A stretch of DNA of 46,742 nucleotides. Origin: Chiloscyllium plagiosum (Eukaryota). The stretch covers positions 16,053,050 through 16,099,791 of the forward strand of contig NC_057752.1 in NCBI RefSeq assembly GCF_004010195.1, given 5' to 3'. The position numbers and the translations under genes are program-made. Under the pieces are notes generated by a model. The model did no database searches and was not told the origin of the DNA. It saw only the letters and a list, made by a program, of their open reading frames with translations. Every line of letters begins with the position of its first letter. Positions within the stretch are counted from its first letter, which is position 1. Positions 24,020 through 35,410 of this stretch are shown here, piece by piece.

Positions 24020-24411
24020 CATACCACTGTAAATGTGTGGACACCTGGCTAACACAGACAAAGAAGACCTGCCCTGTTTGCAAGCAACGTGTTCTGCGTT
24101 CAACTGGTGATTCTGAGTCTGGATCTGATATGGAAGATTACCATGAAGATGATGAGCATCAATCAGAGCGCACACCACTACTCCACGCAGCTTCAACCTC
24201 TGCTACGCACTCATTTGGCTCCATGACCAATTCCCTCGCACAGCACAGCGGGGACCACTCATCAGATTCCAGTCAGGATGGTGACAATGGTGCCTGTGCT
24301 GAGGGGGTGGAAGTTCTAGACCACAACCAGGAGAATCAAAGTCACTCTTCAATCACTACAGGATCTGGGTCTGAGCCTAACCTCAATCCTGGGAATGTTT
24401 TTAATGTGTAG
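24020..24411 (+). CDS. Last coding exon of the RNF13/RNF167-family E3 ligase (C-terminal half of RING-H2 plus acidic Ser-rich tail)
   Basis: A pyrimidine tract at 23961-23990 and aaatgcag|CA TAC CAC join in phase to exon 7179-7259, giving ...[29 protein letters not shown]...SERTPLL...SFGS...NVFNV* (TAG at 24409-24411). Confidence 0.95.
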
Positions 24412-25359
24412 TTAGGAACCTTGGGCTTTGTACTGTTCTAATGTGTAAAACTGTAATCATTGTGTGACTGCAGCTCAAATAGGGCTTTATTTAGAACTTT
24501 TTGGGGGAACATTTAAAATACATATTTAAGTGTTAACAGGGGAGGTTCTGCTGTTCATGAACAGTGAGTACAAGCTGTAACTGCGCATGGGTGTGTTGCT
24601 TGATACCAACAGAATACAAACAGCCTCAACTCCCTTGTAACAAATAGGCATTCAGTAGTGGGCAGGGAATGTGATCAATAGCTCATTAAATACCAATGTG
24701 AAGAAACTTTTTCTTCCATGTTCTGTAAAATGAGCATGAAATTAAAAAGCACAACTACCTGGGGCCCTTGCTGGTACTATACTACAATCCTTTGTCTGCG
24801 ATCTATAATCATCTAGAAGTGAACTACACCCCATTGCTCTGTTTCTGTTCTCACCATGATAATTACCTGGTATATTATATATGCTTCCTAACTACGTAGC
24901 GACCTTCTGATGTATGGAATCTGAACTCTGAAACAGGGCTGGGTGCTACTGGTACTTGCAGTATCTCCCAAAGTTATTCTGACGTTGGGAAGGTGACCAC
25001 AACAATATTTGTAATGTTCATAGTTCCCTTTTTATACTAAATTTTGTAATCTTGCTCAGCAGAATGTTCTCTGGTTACAATTGTGAGATTAATTGAGCAA
25101 GCAATTATTGATAAATTGGGATCATGCAGAAGACAGGCTGCTGAAGGGGGAATGAAACCAGAATCAAAGACAATAGAAATGGTGTAGTCCTAGCTGTCTG
25201 TTGTAATCATTTCCACTGTTCTGGTTTATTTTGCTGCTGTGGCTGTTTCCTCATTTTACCAATGATGGCTGTACAGAGATGAGGGACTGTGTCCAGGAGC
25301 CAAGAATTCCAGACTGCTACCTGTTGATCTTTCACCCTGAATTACAGTCTTTCACTGAC

Positions 25360-25365
25360 AATAAA
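25360..25365 (+). terminator. Candidate polyadenylation signal of the RNF gene
   Basis: First canonical AATAAA I found after the stop, at the end of about 950 bp of repeat-free putative 3' UTR. ATTAAA at about 24685 and 24741 and AATAAA at 26910 are alternatives. Confidence 0.4.
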
Positions 25366-27788
25366 TGTGCTGAAGTAACATGACTGACTCGAAAATCAGT
25401 TGTAGTAACTGACTGCATTTTGAATATTCCAGGAACTGGTCTTCTTCCAAGGGCAAATACATAGGAGGAAAAGTTTAGAAGGATATGGGCCAAGTGCAGG
25501 GAATGGGGAGTTAGCATTGATGGGCCAAAGGGCAAGTCTCCATGCTGTGGGACTCTAGCTTGGCTTGTGCTTGTGACCCAGTAGTATTGTAGGATTTCAT
25601 GAGATAATTGTTTGTATTTTGTGCAGGAAAGGAGAAAACAATTGTGTGATGGTGTCAAGTTTGATTTATTCCAGATTTCAATTACATTACAAGGAATCAC
25701 AAACTCTACATTGCTGACCACCATACAAATACAAAGAACAGAGTGCTGTGGGTACTGGAAACCTGAAATAACAACAAAGTGCTGGAGAAAGTCAGCAACT
25801 CTTACAGCACCTGTGAAGGGAGATACCAAGTTAACATTTCAAGTCCGTAATGCAAGCTGGTGAGGTTTTATAACACTTTCTGTCTCAATTTTGTGAATAT
25901 AGTTTAGAGAGGAGTTAGAGGTAGATAATGCAGGCATTGTTGGAAGTCGAGGCCTAATATTGAGTATGTTTTCTGTGGTAGTCCTTTCAGGAGCAGCTCC
26001 ATTTGAATTGGCTGAAATTGGTGTGTATTGTGATTGGAATGACAGTAGCTTTTATCAAATGCCAAACTAGATAGGAGCAAGTATAAAATGTGATATGGAA
26101 TTGACACAAGCTATCATAAATGATATGTTCCATGCTTTTCAAAATCTGGTTAGTTACATTTTATAATAATGATTAATTTTTAATAGAGTTTGTAATTATC
26201 TAAACACATTTCTGTCAAATTTACTAGCTGCTCTGTCACACAGTGAGCAGCTGTCTCCCTAATGCAAACAAGTTAACTGTGAATCTGGATGACTGATATT
26301 TAAGTCATCAATCAAGACTTTCCGATCTTCAGGTAATTGGTGATTGGACAAGCTCTGAAAAGTAGTGGTTAGGACCTTTTAGATATTCTGAAGAACTGAA
26401 TAGTAGTTGACCGAGAAGTTTTAACTTCCAGTGGGCAATTTGCCCATCATCTGGACCTCTGTGACCAAGTTTCCAACTTTAAGTTCAAGTCAGAAACTTT
26501 AAACGGTTCCAACTCTCAGCCTCAATAGTTAGCCAGGAAAAATTAGATTCAACTCCTCAAACTCCAGGGTAACTATGAAACTGACCCCCTACCCACACTA
26601 CCTGATCCATCCTACTCTCTTGCCCTAGTATCACATCATACATATTTCTGGCACATCAACCCAACCAATCCATATGCCCCTTGGTACCCTAACCCTTCTA
26701 ATACTCACCTTGCACTCCACCCACAAATCTGGCCCTCTATACCCTCTTCCACTTGCCTCCCACGCATCTTCACTCAGTAGCTGTGGGATCTTTGGACATT
26801 TTACTTTCTGGAATATGGCAGTAATCACCAAAAACATGGGGAATAGTTTCTGTGACAATTCACTGTAAGCTGCCTCTGTGATTTGCTGGACTGCTAGAAA
26901 AATCCCGGGAATAAAACTGGATATCTTTTTATTTGAGCAGTTTGAAAATAGGGATTCTTGTGAATGAATTTGTCATTCCAGGTCATGAGGAGGCCAGTTG
27001 GTTTGTTGAGTCCATGCTGGCTCTCTGTGGAGTAACCCAACTAGTCCCAATCTCCTGTTTCTGTTAAGCACCCACCCAATCTCCAGTTAAATCACTCATG
27101 GAATCCACTGCCATCATCCTTGTTGTCAGTGTGTTCCAGGTCATTGCCACTCTGCATTAAAAAAAAGTCCTTTTTCAGATTCTCCCTGTAACTCTCTCCC
27201 AAATCCTTAAATGTGTCCCATTGTCCTTGAGCCTTCAGTGAATGGAAATATCTGTGACTGCCATCTCAAAACTTGTCACAACAACTTGTGGCCACTTCTA
27301 TCGAATCCTCCCTCAAGCTTTTTGGTTCAGTCTAATTTATAATTTTGGGCATAATGTTTCTACAAGTGAAACTCAAGTTTTCATATATACTTTGCCATCT
27401 TCTGTCTCAATATGTCCTTTTACATTCAAATCTGTGTATGTAAATGACAGATGTCTCTGTGCACATTCTTTATACCTGTATAACCATTAAGTCTCTCTTG
27501 CCTTTCTGTCCTTCTACGCTTCACCTCACCGTTCTCTGTCAAATATTCCACTTTCCTTTTGTCTATTCGTTCTGCTGGGCTGTCCTGTTCCAGTCCTTTG
27601 GCATCATCCTCACTGTCTCCCATGCCTCCAGGTTTGATATCATGGGAAGACATTGAATTTTACTCTGTATATACTTTGATCCCCGTTCCTGAGGGAATAC
27701 CACTATCTACAATCCCCCAGTCAACTACTTAGAGTCATAGAGATGTACAGCACGGAAACAGACCCTTTGGTCCAACTTGCTGCCTTAT

Positions 27789-28100
27789 GGGCGGCACGGT
27801 GGCACAGTGGTTAGCACTGCTGCCTCACAGCGCCTGAGACCCGGGTTCAATTCCCGCCTCAGGCAACTAACTGTGTGGAGTTTGCACGTTCTCCCCGTGT
27901 CTGCGTGGGTTTCCTCCGGGTGCTCCGGTTTCCTCCCACAGTCCAAAAAGATGTGCAGGTCAGGTGAATTGGCCATGCTAAATTGCCCGTAGTGTTAGGT
28001 AAGGGGTAAATGTAGGGGTATGGGTGGGTTGCGCTTCGGCGTGTCAGTGTGGACTTGTTGGGCTGAAGGGCCTGTTTCCACACTGTAATGTAATCTAATC
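27789..28100 (+). mobile_element. HE1-type V-SINE (tRNA-derived) inserted in the CR1 3' UTR
   Basis: A box TGGCACAGTGG (27800-27810), B box GGTTCAATTCC (27844-27854), V-domain tgtgtggagtttgcac.ttctccccgtgtctgcgtgggtttcctccgggtgctccggtttcctccc, and a taatc tail. Confidence 0.92.
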
Positions 28101-28227
28101 TTGTCCATGCCAACCCAATCTAGTCCCACCCACCAGCATCCAGACCATATCCCTCCAAACACTTCCTATTCATATACCCATCTTAAATGTTGCAATTGTA
28201 CCAGCCTCCACCACATTCTCTGGCAGC

Positions 28228-29460
28228 TCATTCCATACACATACCACCCTCTGCATGGAAAAAGTTGCCCCTTAGGTCTTTTTTATATCTTTCCCCTCTA
28301 ACCTTAAACCTGTGCCCTCTAGTTCTGGACTCCCCCACCCCAGGGAAAAGACTTTGTCTATTTATCCTATCCATGCCCCTCATAATTTTGTAAATTTCTA
28401 TAAGGTCACCCCTCAACCTCCAACGCTCCAAATAAAACAGCCCCAACCTGTTCAGCCTCTTCCTGTAGCTCAAATCCTCCAACCCTGGCAACATCCTTGT
28501 AAATCTTTTCTGAACCCTTTCAAGTTTCACAACATCTTTCTGATAGGAAGGAGACCAGAATTGTATGCAATATTCCAACAGAGGCCTAACCAATGTCCTG
28601 TTCAGCCGCAACCTGACCTCCCAATTCTTGTACTCAATACTCTGTCCAATAAAGGAAAGCATACCAAACACCACCTTCACTATCTTATCTACCTGCGACT
28701 CCACTTTCAAGGAGCTATGAACCTGCACTCCAAGGTGTCTTTGTTCAGCAACACTCCCTAGGACCTTACCGTTAAGTGAATAAGTCCTGATAAGATTTGC
28801 TTTTCCAAAATGCAGCACCTCACATTTATCTGAATTAAACTCCATCTGCCACTTCTCAACCCATTGGCCCATCTGGTCCAGATCTTGTTGTAATCTGAGG
28901 TAACCCTCTTCGCTGTCCACTACACCTCCAATTTTGGTGTCATCTGCAAACTTACTAACTGTACCTCTTATGCTCACATCCAAATCGTTTATGTAAATGA
29001 CAAAAAGTAGAGGGCCCAGCACCGATCCTTGTGGCACTCCACTGGTCACAGGCCTCCAGTCTGAAAAACAACCCTCCACCACCACCCTCTGTCTTCTACC
29101 TTTGAGCCAGTTCTGTATCCAAATGGCTAGTTCTCCCTGTATTCCGTGAGATCTAACCTTGTCAATCAGTCTCCCATGGGGAACCTTGTCGAACACCTTA
29201 CTGAAGTCCATATAGATCACATCTACTGCTCTGCCCTCATCAATCCTCTTTGTTACTTCATCAAAAAGCTCATTCAAGTTTGTGAGACATGATTTCCCAC
29301 GCACAAAGCCATGTTGACTATCCCTAATCAGTCCTTGCCTTTCCAAATACATGTATACCCTGTCCCTCAGGATTCCCACCACTGAGGTCAGGCTCACCGG
29401 TCTATAGATCCCTGGCTTGTCTTTTCCGCCCTTCTTAAACAGTGGCACCATGTTTGCCAA
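28228..29460 (-). pseudogene. CR1 ORF2 reverse-transcriptase segment (410-aa open frame within a disrupted ORF2)
   Basis: YRPVSLTS, QHGFVRGKSCLTNL, DFSKVFDKV, SGVPQGSVLGP and KFADDTK are present; there is an upstream stop at about 29464 and a frameshift near the C-terminus. Confidence 0.9.
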
Positions 29461-29946
29461 CCTCTAGTCTTCTGGCACCTCATCTGTGACTATCGATGAT
29501 ACAAATATCTCAGCAAGAGGCCCAGCAATCACTTCTCTAGCTTCCCACAGAGTTCTCGGGTACACCCGATCAGGTCCTGGGGATTTATCCACCTTTAACA
29601 GTTTCAAGACATCCAGCACTTCCTCCTCTGTCATATGGACATTTTGCAAGATATCACATCTATTTCCCTACAGTCTATATCTTCCATATCCTTTTCCACA
29701 GTATTTTCCACACTGATGCAAAATATTCATTTAATATCTCCCCCATTTTCTGCGGCTCCACACAAAGGCCGCTTGCTGATCTTTGAGGGGCCCTATTCTC
29801 TCCCTAGTTACCCTTTTGTCCTTAATATATTTGTAAAAACCCTCTGGATTCTCCTTAATCCTATTTGCCAACGCTATCTCATGTCTCCTACTTCCTTTAT
29901 ACTCTTCTAAGGATTCACTCGATCTATCCTGTCTATACCTGACATA

Positions 29947-30068
29947 GAGAGAAAGTGAGGGCTGCAGATGCTGGAGATCAGAGCTGAAAATGTGTTGCTG
30001 GAAAAACGCAGCAGGTCAGGCAGCATCCAAGGAACAGGAGAATCGACGTTTCGGGCATAAGCCCTTCT
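29947..30068 (-). mobile_element. Single-arm PLE tail mini-element inserted in CR1 ORF2
   Basis: TSD tatacctgacata at 29934-29946 and 30069-30081; the element begins inside the hammerhead core (..AAGA AGGGC TTAT GCCC GAAACGTC). Confidence 0.92.
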
Positions 30069-30352
30069 TATACCTGACATATGCTTCCTTCTTTTTCTTA
30101 ACCAAACCCTCAATTTCTTTAGTCATCCAGCATTCCCTATACCTACCAGCCTTCCCTTTCACCCTGACAGGAATATACTTTCTCTGGATTCTTGTTATCT
30201 CATTTCTGAAGGCTTCCCATTTTCCAGCCGTCCCTTTACCTGCGAACATCTGCCTCCAATCAGCTTTCGAAAGTTCTTGTCTAATACCGTCAAAATTGGC
30301 CTTTCTCCAATTTAGAACTTTCAACTTTTAGATCCGGTCTATCCTTTTCTAT

Positions 30353-31138
30353 NNNNNNNNNNNNNNNNNNNNNNNNNNNNNNNNNNNNNNNNNNNNNNNN
30401 NNNNNNNNNNNNNNNNNNNNNNNNNNNNNNNNNNNNNNNNNNNNNNNNNNNNNNNNNNNNNNNNNNNNNNNNNNNNNNNNNNNNNNNNNNNNNNNNNNNN
30501 NNNNNNNNNNNNNNNNNNNNNNNNNNNNNNNNNNNNNNNNNNNNNNNNNNNNNNNNNNNNNNNNNNNNNNNNNNNNNNNNNNNNNNNNNNNNNNNNNNNN
30601 NNNNNNNNNNNNNNNNNNNNNNNNNNNNNNNNNNNNNNNNNNNNNNNNNNNNNNNNNNNNNNNNNNNNNNNNNNNNNNNNNNNNNNNNNNNNNNNNNNNN
30701 NNNNNNNNNNNNNNNNNNNNNNNNNNNNNNNNNNNNNNNNNNNNNNNNNNNNNNNNNNNNNNNNNNNNNNNNNNNNNNNNNNNNNNNNNNNNNNNNNNNN
30801 NNNNNNNNNNNNNNNNNNNNNNNNNNNNNNNNNNNNNNNNNNNNNNNNNNNNNNNNNNNNNNNNNNNNNNNNNNNNNNNNNNNNNNNNNNNNNNNNNNNN
30901 NNNNNNNNNNNNNNNNNNNNNNNNNNNNNNNNNNNNNNNNNNNNNNNNNNNNNNNNNNNNNNNNNNNNNNNNNNNNNNNNNNNNNNNNNNNNNNNNNNNN
31001 NNNNNNNNNNNNNNNNNNNNNNNNNNNNNNNNNNNNNNNNNNNNNNNNNNNNNNNNNNNNNNNNNNNNNNNNNNNNNNNNNNNNNNNNNNNNNNNNNNNN
31101 NNNNNNNNNNNNNNNNNNNNNNNNNNNNNNNNNNNNNN
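30353..31138. other. Assembly gap (786 N) within the CR1
   Basis: Run of N. Confidence 1.
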
Positions 31139-31902
31139 GGCCACAGAAACGTCTCTCTGTACCTCTGACTACAGAATCCCCTAACACAATTGATCTCTTG
31201 GAAGCCGACATACCCCTCATTGCATTAGAGCCAGTCTCAATACCAGAAACTTGGCTGTTTGTGCTATGTTCCCCTGAGAATCCATCACCCCCTACATTTT
31301 CCAAAACAGCGTACCTGTTTGAAATGGATGTATCCACAAAAGACTCCTGCACTAGCTGCCTACCTCTCTTACCCTTCCTGGAGTTAACCCATCTCTGTGA
31401 CTGTATCTGAGACTTCCCCTTCTATAACTGCCATCAATCACATACTGTTTCTGTTGCAAATTCCTCATCACTTCTATTTGTCTCTCCAACCGATCCACTC
31501 AATCTGATAAGATTCGCATCCAACAGCATTTATGGTAGATATAATCCGCAGTAACCCTTAAACTCTCTTTAAACTCCCACATCTGACAAGAAGTACATAT
31601 CACTGCAAAGGCCATTTTTGCTCCTTCACAATCTACAGACCCAGAAAATAACACTGTCTTATTCCTCTACAAACACTGCCCCGGGTTAAATTAAGAGCTA
31701 TGGCTTGTATTTTAAGTTTAATCAGGCAACTTATCTCCAAAAACATATAATCAAGAAAGAACCCACTGTACTCACTAATACCACCTTTCTCTTGGACAGA
31801 CTTAAAACAACAATTAACTTCTCTGATTCTGTGTTATGAACTTCGTCCAAACTGGTTCCTCCAAGATTAGTTCACTGTTTGTTAATTTTCCCAAATGCAA
31901 TT

Positions 31903-32010
31903 TTCTCTCTCTCGCGCTCTCTCTCTCGCGCTCTCTCTTTCGCTGTCTCTCTCACGCTCTCTCTCTCACGCACTCTCTCTCGCGCTCTCTCTCTCGCTCT
32001 CTCTCTTCCC
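31903..32010. repeat. (CT)n/(CTCG) microsatellite
   Basis: Directly visible. Confidence 0.9.
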
Positions 32011-32019
32011 CCCCCTCCA

Positions 32020-32237
32020 CTGTCCTCACCGCCTTCCACCTGGACAGCCTACAGCCCGGAGAACTCAACATTGAGTTCTCCAATTTCAAATAACCTTCCT
32101 TCCCATTCCCTGACTCCCTTCCCAGCCTCTCCTGTTCCCTTCCACTCCTACCTGCCACCAACTGGATTCATTCCTCCCATTGACCAACCAGGTCGTACCC
32201 TCTACCTGTCTTCACCTATCCCTACTTCACCACCCTG
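32020..32237 (+). mobile_element. PLE 3' end (end of GIY-YIG ORF plus C-rich 3' UTR)
   Basis: FHLDSLQPGELNIEFSNFK* is the typical C-terminus of vertebrate PLE endonucleases. Confidence 0.75.
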
Positions 32238-33218
32238 NNNNNNNNNNNNNNNNNNNNNNNNNNNNNNNNNNNNNNNNNNNNNNNNNNNNNNNNNNNNNNN
32301 NNNNNNNNNNNNNNNNNNNNNNNNNNNNNNNNNNNNNNNNNNNNNNNNNNNNNNNNNNNNNNNNNNNNNNNNNNNNNNNNNNNNNNNNNNNNNNNNNNNN
32401 NNNNNNNNNNNNNNNNNNNNNNNNNNNNNNNNNNNNNNNNNNNNNNNNNNNNNNNNNNNNNNNNNNNNNNNNNNNNNNNNNNNNNNNNNNNNNNNNNNNN
32501 NNNNNNNNNNNNNNNNNNNNNNNNNNNNNNNNNNNNNNNNNNNNNNNNNNNNNNNNNNNNNNNNNNNNNNNNNNNNNNNNNNNNNNNNNNNNNNNNNNNN
32601 NNNNNNNNNNNNNNNNNNNNNNNNNNNNNNNNNNNNNNNNNNNNNNNNNNNNNNNNNNNNNNNNNNNNNNNNNNNNNNNNNNNNNNNNNNNNNNNNNNNN
32701 NNNNNNNNNNNNNNNNNNNNNNNNNNNNNNNNNNNNNNNNNNNNNNNNNNNNNNNNNNNNNNNNNNNNNNNNNNNNNNNNNNNNNNNNNNNNNNNNNNNN
32801 NNNNNNNNNNNNNNNNNNNNNNNNNNNNNNNNNNNNNNNNNNNNNNNNNNNNNNNNNNNNNNNNNNNNNNNNNNNNNNNNNNNNNNNNNNNNNNNNNNNN
32901 NNNNNNNNNNNNNNNNNNNNNNNNNNNNNNNNNNNNNNNNNNNNNNNNNNNNNNNNNNNNNNNNNNNNNNNNNNNNNNNNNNNNNNNNNNNNNNNNNNNN
33001 NNNNNNNNNNNNNNNNNNNNNNNNNNNNNNNNNNNNNNNNNNNNNNNNNNNNNNNNNNNNNNNNNNNNNNNNNNNNNNNNNNNNNNNNNNNNNNNNNNNN
33101 NNNNNNNNNNNNNNNNNNNNNNNNNNNNNNNNNNNNNNNNNNNNNNNNNNNNNNNNNNNNNNNNNNNNNNNNNNNNNNNNNNNNNNNNNNNNNNNNNNNN
33201 NNNNNNNNNNNNNNNNNN
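32238..33218. other. Assembly gap (981 N)
   Basis: Run of N. Confidence 1.
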
Positions 33219-33941
33219 CTGCCTGCCTTGCTGTGTCCCTCTCCCTCCTGATGCTAGCTGCCTTGCTGTGTTCCCCAGCCTCCTGATGCTGCCTGTCTTG
33301 CTGTGTCCCTCTCCTTCGTGAAACAGTCTGTCTTGCTTTGTCCCTCTCCTTCGTGACGCTGCCTGCCCTGATGTGTCCCTCTTCCTCCTGAAGCTGTCTG
33401 CCTTGCTGTGTTCCCCAGCCTCCTGATGCTGCCTGCATTGCTGTGTCCCTCTCCCACCTGATACTGCCTGCCTTGCTGTGTTCCTCTCCCTCCTGATACT
33501 GTCTGCCTTGCTGTGTTCCCCAGCCTCCTGATGCTGCCTGCCTTGCTGTATCCGTCTCCCTCCTGATGCTGCCTGCCTCCTGTGTCACCCCAGCCTCATG
33601 ATGCTGCCTGCCTTGCTGTGTTCACCTCCCTCCTGATGGTGCCTGCCTTCCTGTGTTCCCCAGCCTCCTGATGCTGCCTGCCTTGCTGTATCCCCCTCTC
33701 TCCAGTTGCTGCCTGCCTTGCTGTGTCCCTCTCCCTCCTGATGGTGCCTGCCTTGCAGTGTTCCTCTCCCTCCTGATGCTGCCTGCCTTGCTGTGTCCCA
33801 CTCCCTCCTGATGCTGCCTGCCTTACTGTGTTCCTCTCCCTCCTGCAGCTGCCTGCCTTGCTGTGTTCCTCTCCCTCCTGAGGCTGCCTGCCTTGCTGTG
33901 TTCCCCAGCCTCCTTATGCTGACTGCCTTGCTGTGTCCCTC
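33219..33941 (+). repeat. 35-bp minisatellite (gatgctgcctgccttgctgtgtccctctccctcct), about 20 visible units
   Basis: Directly visible tandem units. Confidence 0.95.
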
Positions 33942-34681
33942 TGTTTTAAAAAATTCTCAAGGTCAAGGACCAGGCTCGCAGGAAAGTAGTCTCACACAGA
34001 ACAAACAGCCAAGAGGCGAGTCTGCTAGAATATAAGTGTTTTATTCCCCGCAGCGTCGCCACAACCAGGTCTCGTACTTACAACGGGTCTGGTTTATACT
34101 CACTCTACGTGTTACCGGAACTGGGAGCCGTCAGTTCTCGTAGAGCGGTTGCCAACAACCCACGCTCGGCGGTTAAACGCAACCCCGGAGCAGACTCTAC
34201 CGAACTGGAGACTTTTCCAGCTGATATACTCTTTTCGAGATCTAAACATTCATGTGAACAGCAGAGCAAGGCTGAAAAACACATTCCTTTCTGGTCACAT
34301 ACAGATAAGAAGATTCACACGGGAAGGTGTGTAATAAGATTCACACGGGACTAAGCGACACCTTCCATTTTCGGTTAGATTCACACATGTAGCAGAGCAA
34401 GGCTAAAAAACACATTCCATTCTGGTTACAAACAGATAAGAAGATTCACACGGGGAGGTGTGTAATAAGATTCACACGGGACTAAGCGACACCTTCCATT
34501 TTCGGTTAGATTCACACATGTAGCAGAGCAAGGCTAAAAAACACATTCCATTCTGGTTACATACAGATAAGAAGATTCACACGGGAAGGTGTGTAATAAG
34601 ATTCACACGGGACTAAGCAACACCTCCATTCCGATTAGATTCACACATGTATTGGGACACAATTTTAACCCTTTCACCACA
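33942..34681 (-). mobile_element. Solo LTR, retrovirus-like, 740 bp, with three 131-bp tandem repeats in U3
   Basis: TGT...ACA termini; minus-strand AATAAA at 34040-34045; CpG-rich R/U5; repeat units start at 34260, 34391 and 34522. Confidence 0.75.
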
Positions 34682-34788
34682 TATATACAGGCAAAGACGT
34701 AAAGCAACAGACAAAAAGACAACTGACTTGTTTACAAAAACAAAAGGTCCACACTTCATAATTTATCTGTATCAGAAAGGGAGGTTAC

Positions 34789-34855
34789 CTGATTGCTAGG
34801 GTCCCACGGCACAGATAGTGGAACTTCAGTTTGCTTACGTGAAATTATGTATTTT
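34789..34855 (-). CDS. ACOT11: Acyl-CoA thioesterase 11 internal exon (linker preceding the START domain)
   Basis: Minus strand: tttcctttcag|A AAA TAC...AAT CAG|gtaacc, 67 bp. Encodes (R)[22 protein letters not shown], against recalled human [23 protein letters not shown]. Confidence 0.92.
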
Positions 34856-35069
34856 CTGAAAGGAAACAACAGGATTTTACATTTCTGTAAAAAGATCTGC
34901 AATACGGTGCATTTCTCCAGCTCAAACTCCTAATCATCTGGAGGAATTGGTAGGTTTTTCCACATGACTTTTACCTAATATTCCAAGATTCTTATTAGAT
35001 TTTAGCTGGTACATTAGAATCCCAGGCCCACTCAAAGCAAGTGGATTTGTTCTCAAACATTAAATGTTG

Positions 35070-35410
35070 GACTTGGTTCCTGGTAACGCTCTTGCCTCTG
35101 TGTCAGAAAGTCAGAGATTTAAACCTACCTCCAGTGACACAGACATATAAACCAAGGCTGAAGATGGCACCTCAGTTTAACTCAGGCAGATGTAAAACAA
35201 TCACTTTTCGAAGCATAGAAGCTTCCTCTCCATCCGGCCAAAAAAGTGATTATTTAGTTTTACCTGATTGCTTTTTGTGGAATTTTATTGTGAAAATTTA
35301 CCATTGTGCTTTCCAGTATTACAAGACCAATTGTGATTCAAAAGTTAGCTGTGAAACACTCAGTACATCCAGACGCAATGGAAGATGCTACAATAATACA
35401 AGTTTTCTCT
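35070..35410 (+). mobile_element. Degenerate DeuSINE/SacSINE1-like SINE
   Basis: ggtaacgctcttgcctctgtgtcagaa head, ctcaggcagatgtaaaa, attgctttttgtggaa, and a gctgtgaaacact..tacaagttttct tail. Confidence 0.55.

Larger units (their letters stand above)
27730..31900 (-). mobile_element. Near-full-length CR1 LINE (5' UTR, ORF1 esterase, ORF2 EN-RT, tail) spanning a gap
   Basis: ORF1 SIVLGDSVVRGTERRFCG; ORF2 pieces at 30016-30324, 29464-29649 and 28228-29460; agagtcatag tail at 27731. Confidence 0.92.

Noticed and set aside
25396..25413. Minus-strand GTC AGT TAC TAC AAC (VSYYN), matching the start of the last ACOT11 exon
   Set aside because: It is followed immediately by TGA, has no correctly placed acceptor, and shows no further similarity; probably chance.
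27789..27860. tRNA gene
   Set aside because: The A and B boxes belong to the HE1 SINE head and continue directly into the V-domain.
30290..33588. ORFs of 284-480 aa
   Set aside because: They consist mostly of X residues spanning the N gaps.
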